Assembly: GCA_937921735.1 (NCBI GenBank)
Contig: CAKZTQ010000031.1
Span: 1 to 21,171 of the forward strand
Source of the DNA: an uncultured archaeon
GTDB lineage: Archaea > Hadarchaeota > Hadarchaeia > Hadarchaeales > Hadarchaeaceae
Reading direction: 5' to 3'
Length of the DNA stretch: 21,171 bases
The position numbers and the translations under genes were made by a program. The notes below the pieces were generated by a model, which was given only the letters and a program-made list of their open reading frames with translations, was not told the origin of the DNA and did not search any database. This document shows, in pieces, positions 16,808-21,171 of the stretch (positions are counted from its first letter, which is position 1; each line of letters opens with the position of its first letter).

Positions 16808-16837
16808 ATCGGAAAAAAGAATGATCGGAAAAAAGAA
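16808..16837 (-). repeat. Direct repeat ATCGGAAAAAAGAA x2 (16-bp period); T-rich on the minus strand, likely the pilin terminator
   Basis: Copies at 16808-16821 and 16824-16837, downstream of the pilin stop at 16873. Confidence 0.75.
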
Positions 16838-16872
16838 AAAAGGGGTTTTGTTGAGGGATTTAACCCGTCAGC

Positions 16873-17322
16873 TTAGCCGGATCTGCACATCACCGACTCA
16901 GTCTTGACGAAGGTGCTGCCGTCGGAGAATTTGGCTTCAATCACGATGTTGTAGGTGTTGCCGACAACGAAGGTTCCGCTCGGACTGTAGGTCAATGATG
17001 CGGACTGGGCTGGCTGAAGCGGGTTGGAGTCAGAGACGTTCTCGCCGGCAACCTTGAGGTTTTGAGCGGCTCCGCCTGCGAGCTTAACGGTCAATGATAC
17101 GGCCGGCTTGTTCCCGGTGTTCTTGGCGGTTATGGAGAAAGTCACGGTGCCCCCTGTATCTTTCACCAAGTCTACGGCCTCGAGGGATATCTGCCCCTTC
17201 GTAGCCATTATGCTGAAATAGTTCGTGAACGCGCTGTAAACCAGTAGTCCGCCTACGACACATATGGCCACCAGAATTATTGTCGCTATTAATGGGCTTA
17301 CGGCTTTTCTTTTCGCCATCAT
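16873..17322 (-). CDS. Archaeal type IV pilin (class III signal peptide), probable major pilin
   Basis: ORF 16873-17388, likely start ATG 17322 or 17319. KRKA/VSPLIATIILVAICVVGGLLVY leader. It has its own TATA-like ACTTTAAAGT (17355-17364) and T-rich terminator. Confidence 0.9.
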   Translation of the reverse strand: MMAKRKAVSPLIATIILVAICVVGGLLVYSAFTNYFSIMATKGQISLEAVDLVKDTGGTVTFSITAKNTGNKPAVSLTVKLAGGAAQNLKVAGENVSDSNPLQPAQSASLTYSPSGTFVVGNTYNIVIEAKFSDGSTFVKTESVMCRSG

Positions 17323-17364
17323 AGGTTTTTCCCCGATGTGGATGAGGCGTGAGAACTTTAAAGT

Positions 17365-17396
17365 GCGGTTATTGGACTTTGCGGTCATCGGACTTT
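17365..17396. promoter_or_regulatory. Tandem 16-bp imperfect repeat in a divergent promoter (candidate operator)
   Basis: GCGGTTATTGGACTTT / GCGGTCATCGGACTTT (14/16 identical), abutting the palindrome ACTTTAAAGT. Confidence 0.5.
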
Positions 17397-17435
17397 AATG
17401 TTTCCGCCCCTTCAACGTTTCAGGAAGTGACGGCT

Positions 17436-17606
17436 TTGACCGAGAGATGCCCTAAATGCGGGACGGAAGTGCGCGTGCCCATTAGGGCGTGGACGATGGC
17501 GCCCAAGAAGGGGGGAGGGGCGCTGCTCCGCATAACCTTGTATGAGTGCCCGAGATGTCTCCACCGCTGGAGGGAAGTCGCCAAGCTGGTTCCCGTCGCT
17601 AGGTAG
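17436..17606 (+). CDS. Cren7-like small chromatin protein with zinc-ribbon cysteines
   Basis: CPKCG..PIRAWTMAPKKG..ITLYECPRC..WR resembles the Cren7 pattern P-x-K-x-W-x-L-A-P-K..I-G-L-F-x-x-P..F-R, with two CxxC motifs. Start TTG 17436 or GTG 17427. Confidence 0.65.
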   Translation: MTERCPKCGTEVRVPIRAWTMAPKKGGGALLRITLYECPRCLHRWREVAKLVPVAR

Positions 17607-17621
17607 ATCGGTGGGGTTGCT

Positions 17622-18404
17622 TTGGGGAATTTCGTCTCGCCCGAGGTCTGCGGGTACTTTTTCGCCCTATCGGTTTTGGCCTACGCGTCCTACTGCGACT
17701 TCAGAACTCGCGAGGTCTCAGACATCGTTTGGGTCGCCGGATGCCCCGTTGGTCTGGCCTTAAGCCTGCTCAACATCTTCTCGGGGAACCTTGATGCTGC
17801 CGCCCTGGCGTTTTCCTCGGCAGCCTCAGCCTGCGTAGGGCTCGCCCTGTTCAAGCTCGGCCTTGCTGGAGGGGCGGACGCCCTCGCCCTCCTCTTCACA
17901 GGCCTGACCGTCCCAGCGTATCCCGAAGGCCTGCCGCTTTCCGCCGACCCTTTGGGCTTCCCGTTCTTCGCCGTTTTCTGCAACGCCGTCCTCCTGAGCT
18001 TGGCCTGCCCAGCCTCGGTGTTCGTTTCAAACGTTGCGGACTTGGCGAGGGGGAGGAATCCCTTCAGAGGCGTTGAGGTGAGGGGCGTCGGGGACCTCCT
18101 CGCCCTGCTGCTCACGGCTAGGCGCGTCAGCCTTGAGAGGCTTCTGGAGGGCCTACACTACTTTCCAGCCGAAAAGCTTGAGGATGAGGGCGGCAGGCCC
18201 ATAAGGGTGCCATTATGCTTTGCGAGGGCTAAGGCGGACCTCTCAGAGGTGACCGCGAGGATGGTTGAGAACAGGCAGCTCTACAGCGACGGGGTCCTCG
18301 CATCGCCGACCATCCCCATGATAGCGTTCCTCGCCCTCGGTTTGGCCCTCCTCCCCATGGGGAACCTTGTCTTCATCCTCATCCAGTCGCTATGGAGTTT
18401 GTGA
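17622..18404 (+). CDS. Prepilin/prearchaellin peptidase (A24, PibD/FlaK-like)
   Basis: ASYCDFRTREVSD (first Asp), GGADA (GxGD-type second Asp), multiple TMs and C-terminal PTIPMIAFLALG. Confidence 0.9.
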   Translation: MGNFVSPEVCGYFFALSVLAYASYCDFRTREVSDIVWVAGCPVGLALSLLNIFSGNLDAAALAFSSAASACVGLALFKLGLAGGADALALLFTGLTVPAYPEGLPLSADPLGFPFFAVFCNAVLLSLACPASVFVSNVADLARGRNPFRGVEVRGVGDLLALLLTARRVSLERLLEGLHYFPAEKLEDEGGRPIRVPLCFARAKADLSEVTARMVENRQLYSDGVLASPTIPMIAFLALGLALLPMGNLVFILIQSLWSL

Positions 18405-18459
18405 GGTTGAACGCGCACTTTAAGGTGCACGGGAGTAAGAAGGTGTGGTGAAGGAAGTG

Positions 18460-18816
18460 ATGGGCTCGCGTCTCGGAAGGATTTTGAGGGCGCTTAGATC
18501 CGCGGGGAACTCGGCAGCGCACGCATTCGCGGCTCTGCAGCTGGCGCTCATGAGGAGGAGCAGGGAGGAGGAGGTCGCCGTAGGCTACAACATGATAGCC
18601 ACGTGCCTCATGGCCGGGGCCATCATGGCTGTTGCGAAGCCGATTGCCAACTGGCTGACTGGAAATATGCTCGATAATCCTCCAGTGCCGGAATTGGGAA
18701 CGATGGTGAACAGAATCTTCGACCTCGTCATGTACTTGGGCGTGGTCATACTGGTGGTGGGCCTAATCATGGCTGGCATAAACCTTGTCAGGCGCCCGAA
18801 AATCCGCAAGAAGTAG
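18460..18816 (+). CDS. Small two-TM protein, possible VirB2/CedA1-like conjugative pilin
   Basis: ORF 18445-18816. Basic leader, two hydrophobic helices separated by NPPVPELG, and a basic C-terminus. Own promoter GCACTTTAAGGTGC (18415-18428). The function is inferred from size, topology and context. Confidence 0.4.
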   Translation: MGSRLGRILRALRSAGNSAAHAFAALQLALMRRSREEEVAVGYNMIATCLMAGAIMAVAKPIANWLTGNMLDNPPVPELGTMVNRIFDLVMYLGVVILVVGLIMAGINLVRRPKIRKK

Positions 18817-19372
18817 GGTCGGACTCTGCGCCGCCTTCCCGATCGTGCTCGTCTGGGTAGGCTTAGGCCCCTATTTCCTCCTCTGCGCAGCTTCCTCGTC
18901 GCCGGCCTCAGCCTACGCCTATTTCTCCATATGGGCTGCCGGCGTGCTCTCCGACTTCTACACCACGTACCGCTTTTACAGGTCCGATCCCGGAGGCTTC
19001 GAGAGGAACGAGCTCAGCGGCTACATGAGGAAGCTTTACAGGGCATTCGGCTTCAAAGCCGGGCTCGCGGCGTTTCTGGCCTTGGTGGAGGCGCCGGTGG
19101 GCCTGATAGTGTCCTTCGCGCTCGTGCCAGCCTCGGCAAGGGTTTTCGGATTGCCTCAGCTCGCTCAGCCCGAGTCGCTCGCCTACCTTTCGTCGGGCTT
19201 CGCCTTTCTAGGCCTAGGCCACCTCGCAGCTGCGGCCTGGAACCTCATGTTGGAGATGGAACCTCTTCCGTCAGTTGCTCCCCGACCGAAGTCGGAGGCC
19301 TTTGATGGTGGCGGCGATGTGAAAGCTGAACAGCCTCATGGACTGCGCCCGCTGAGCTGGAAGCGCGGCTAA
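18785..19372 (+). CDS. Membrane protein (DUF5658-like D-x-x-T-T...E-x-N motif); start uncertain
   Basis: SDFYTTYRF..FERNE plus about four hydrophobic segments. Confidence 0.55.
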   Translation: MSGARKSARSRVGLCAAFPIVLVWVGLGPYFLLCAASSSPASAYAYFSIWAAGVLSDFYTTYRFYRSDPGGFERNELSGYMRKLYRAFGFKAGLAAFLALVEAPVGLIVSFALVPASARVFGLPQLAQPESLAYLSSGFAFLGLGHLAAAAWNLMLEMEPLPSVAPRPKSEAFDGGGDVKAEQPHGLRPLSWKRG

Positions 19373-19436
19373 AGCCGGGCGACTCCATGAACCCGCCTTT
19401 TAAGTTTCAGGGCTTTAACGCTTCCGAGGAGGAAAG

Positions 19437-19970
19437 TTGAGGAGACTTATCGCCGGCGGCAAGTTGCCAGGAGGAAAAGTCGAGGGGGGCGAACCTTCCG
19501 AGGGTTCCGCGAGTTCCGAGGGGGTCTTATGGAGCGGGAAGCCTACCGTGCTTGCCTTCTACGATGCGCTTGCGGGAGGGGCGCTGCTCATAATAGTTTC
19601 GGCTCTGATCTTTGCGCTGCTGCCATTTGTCGCTCCGCTGTCGGCGATAGGCGTTGCATGCGGTCTCTTGCTGATGGCCTTCGCATTCATAAAGGCTTGG
19701 GCGAACACCTACACGGTCACGGACAGCCATGTTAGGAGGCAGTACCGCTTCGTCGCGGTGAGGGTTGAGGAGGCAGCCTTCGACAGGATCACCAACACGG
19801 TTTTGGAACAGGACGTTATAGGCAGGATCCTTGGCTTCGGGGACATAAGGTTTGACACGGCTGGGACGCCCTTCATGGGCGTGCTCTTTAAGGGCGTCAG
19901 GAACCCGGGCGGGGTTAAGAGGCTTATAGACGAAAAGATGGAAAGGATGGGCGGCGCCCCCACTCGCTGA
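19437..19970 (+). CDS. Membrane protein with bacterial PH domain (bPH_2, YdbS/YdbT-like)
   Basis: VLWSGKP, two TMs, then YTVTDSHV..FDRITN..EQDVIGRILGFGDIRFDTAG..FKGVRNP. Confidence 0.85.
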   Translation: MRRLIAGGKLPGGKVEGGEPSEGSASSEGVLWSGKPTVLAFYDALAGGALLIIVSALIFALLPFVAPLSAIGVACGLLLMAFAFIKAWANTYTVTDSHVRRQYRFVAVRVEEAAFDRITNTVLEQDVIGRILGFGDIRFDTAGTPFMGVLFKGVRNPGGVKRLIDEKMERMGGAPTR

Positions 19971-20020
19971 ACTTCAACCTGCGCTGCCGAACTTTAACTT
20001 GCACATGCGCCCATCTTCCG

Positions 20021-20695
20021 ATGGGAGCAAAAACTGCGGCAGCGTTGACGGCGATCGCGGCCGTATTGCTGACCCTCGCTCTCCTCCTCGCAAACCCATC
20101 GCCGCCCCCAGCGTACGTCGATTTTGAGGACGCGAGCTGGGGTGGCGCGTACGTCGAGCGGATTGGCGGGGCGTGGAGGCTTGCAGTCCCCCTGCGTGGG
20201 CAGGAGGCTCGCGCCATTCTCAGAAGCCGGCAGGAGTTTCTAGGGGGCTACTTTGAGGTTGAAATGAAGACCGTGGACGGCGGCGTCGGCTGCAGCGCCT
20301 TCTTCCTCTACGGCGAATATGGAGGGGGCGACTTCGACGAGATTGACGTAGAAGTATATGGGTTCATGGAGAGCTGCGAAGACATTTACGCCAACCTGAA
20401 CCCTGGGATGGCGGACTTCACTTGCTGGGTCGGCGGGCGGAGACATTTGATTAGGACGGGGCTCGGGTTCATGGCCAACGAGGCATTCCATAGATACGCG
20501 ATAAAATGGGTTCCAGGCGAGGCCGTCGAATTCTACGTTGACGGGGTCAAGGTGGGCGCCTTCTACGGAGAGAGGGTTCCGGAAAGGCCCATGAGGCTCT
20601 ACATGCAGACCATGTATGCGGATTGGATGTCCGGGTTCGGCGCGCATGAGGGGGAGGCCGCCACCCTTTTCAGAAACCTAAAGGTGCGCACGTAG
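20021..20695 (+). CDS. Secreted or membrane-tethered glycoside hydrolase family 16
   Basis: N-terminal hydrophobic signal, GYFEVEMK, SAFFLY, catalytic DEIDVE (ExDxE), FHRYAIKW.P..VEFYVDG and P..PMRL. Confidence 0.85.
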   Translation: MGAKTAAALTAIAAVLLTLALLLANPSPPPAYVDFEDASWGGAYVERIGGAWRLAVPLRGQEARAILRSRQEFLGGYFEVEMKTVDGGVGCSAFFLYGEYGGGDFDEIDVEVYGFMESCEDIYANLNPGMADFTCWVGGRRHLIRTGLGFMANEAFHRYAIKWVPGEAVEFYVDGVKVGAFYGERVPERPMRLYMQTMYADWMSGFGAHEGEAATLFRNLKVRT

Positions 20696-20863
20696 CTACC
20701 GCTTCTGAACCTGCGGCCATAAACCTGCAGGCTTCCCACCGACAAGCTGAAGAGGGTTTTCCCCGAACTTGCTTTAAAAGTTCAAGGTTTCAAGATTCAG
20801 TAAGGCATATTGAGTTTCCGGAGCCCAGCTGAGGAGGTCGGTCTGCGGAAAGAATCTCCCGGT

Positions 20864-21157
20864 TCAGGACTTTTCCGCGTTCTGTCGCGCCGCGGACTTC
20901 GACTCTTTATAAAGCTGTATCCCCCTCACAGTTACGATTGAGCCAATCCAGCCCATCACCCCGAGGAACATGGTTCTGACCGCGGCTTCAGCTATCGGAC
21001 CGAGGATCGCCCCAATGGCCTCCGCAAGATCCCGGGATGTCGCTATGCCGCCGAGGGATGTGAGCATCGAGTATGCGATGAGGAACGTCAGAATCAGCAA
21101 AATTAGCCCTGCCGCTATCAGAACGTACGCCAACCACTCAGACTTTTCAGGCTTCAT
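20864..21157 (-). CDS. Small two-TM hypothetical membrane protein
   Basis: GGTGA before the ATG; two hydrophobic helices. Confidence 0.7.
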   Translation of the reverse strand: MKPEKSEWLAYVLIAAGLILLILTFLIAYSMLTSLGGIATSRDLAEAIGAILGPIAEAAVRTMFLGVMGWIGSIVTVRGIQLYKESKSAARQNAEKS

Positions 21158-21171
21158 TATGCATCACCGTT

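Larger units (their letters stand above)
1..20695. mobile_element. Probable archaeal integrative/conjugative element or plasmid segment; boundaries not visible
   Basis: Co-location of cdc6-like, ParB, RHH, PIN, tyrosine recombinase, VirB6-like and pilin genes, with no housekeeping genes. No att sites identified. Confidence 0.55.

Noticed and set aside
16324-18404. Archaellum (motility) locus
   Set aside because: The subunits have pilin-type VSP(L/I)(L/I)AT leaders and no arlF/G/H/I/J genes are present.
1-21171. Provirus interpretation
   Set aside because: No capsid, terminase, portal or packaging ATPase was recognised. The content fits a conjugative or plasmid-like element better, though the unknown ORFs leave some doubt.

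Overview
Archaeal accessory region, probably from a TACK-group host such as Bathyarchaeia (inferred from a Zn-type Cren7-like gene, class III pilins and TTTAA-type promoters). It reads as part of a self-replicating integrative or conjugative element. The replication and maintenance genes are a cdc6/orc1-like gene cut by the left edge (absent from the ORF track) next to ORB-like repeats, a ParB-SWIM-PIN operon, an RHH regulator, a minimal tyrosine recombinase and a Cren7-like protein. These are mixed with a large set of cell-surface genes: (i) two paralogous secreted subunits sharing an LPPIPMLGGGE N-terminal strand plus a SipW-like S26 peptidase, a candidate TasA/AbpA-like fibre; (ii) three paralogous type IV pilins plus a PibD/FlaK-like peptidase; (iii) a VirB6/CedA-like membrane protein, a possible VirB2/CedA1-like pilin and a 1389-aa membrane-anchored adhesin; (iv) a secreted GH16 glycoside hydrolase. 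The same extracellular modules recur on three different carrier proteins. No VirB4/VirD4 ATPase, relaxase, pilus ATPase, tRNA or CRISPR array is visible. All family calls come from reading motifs by eye, not from database searches.
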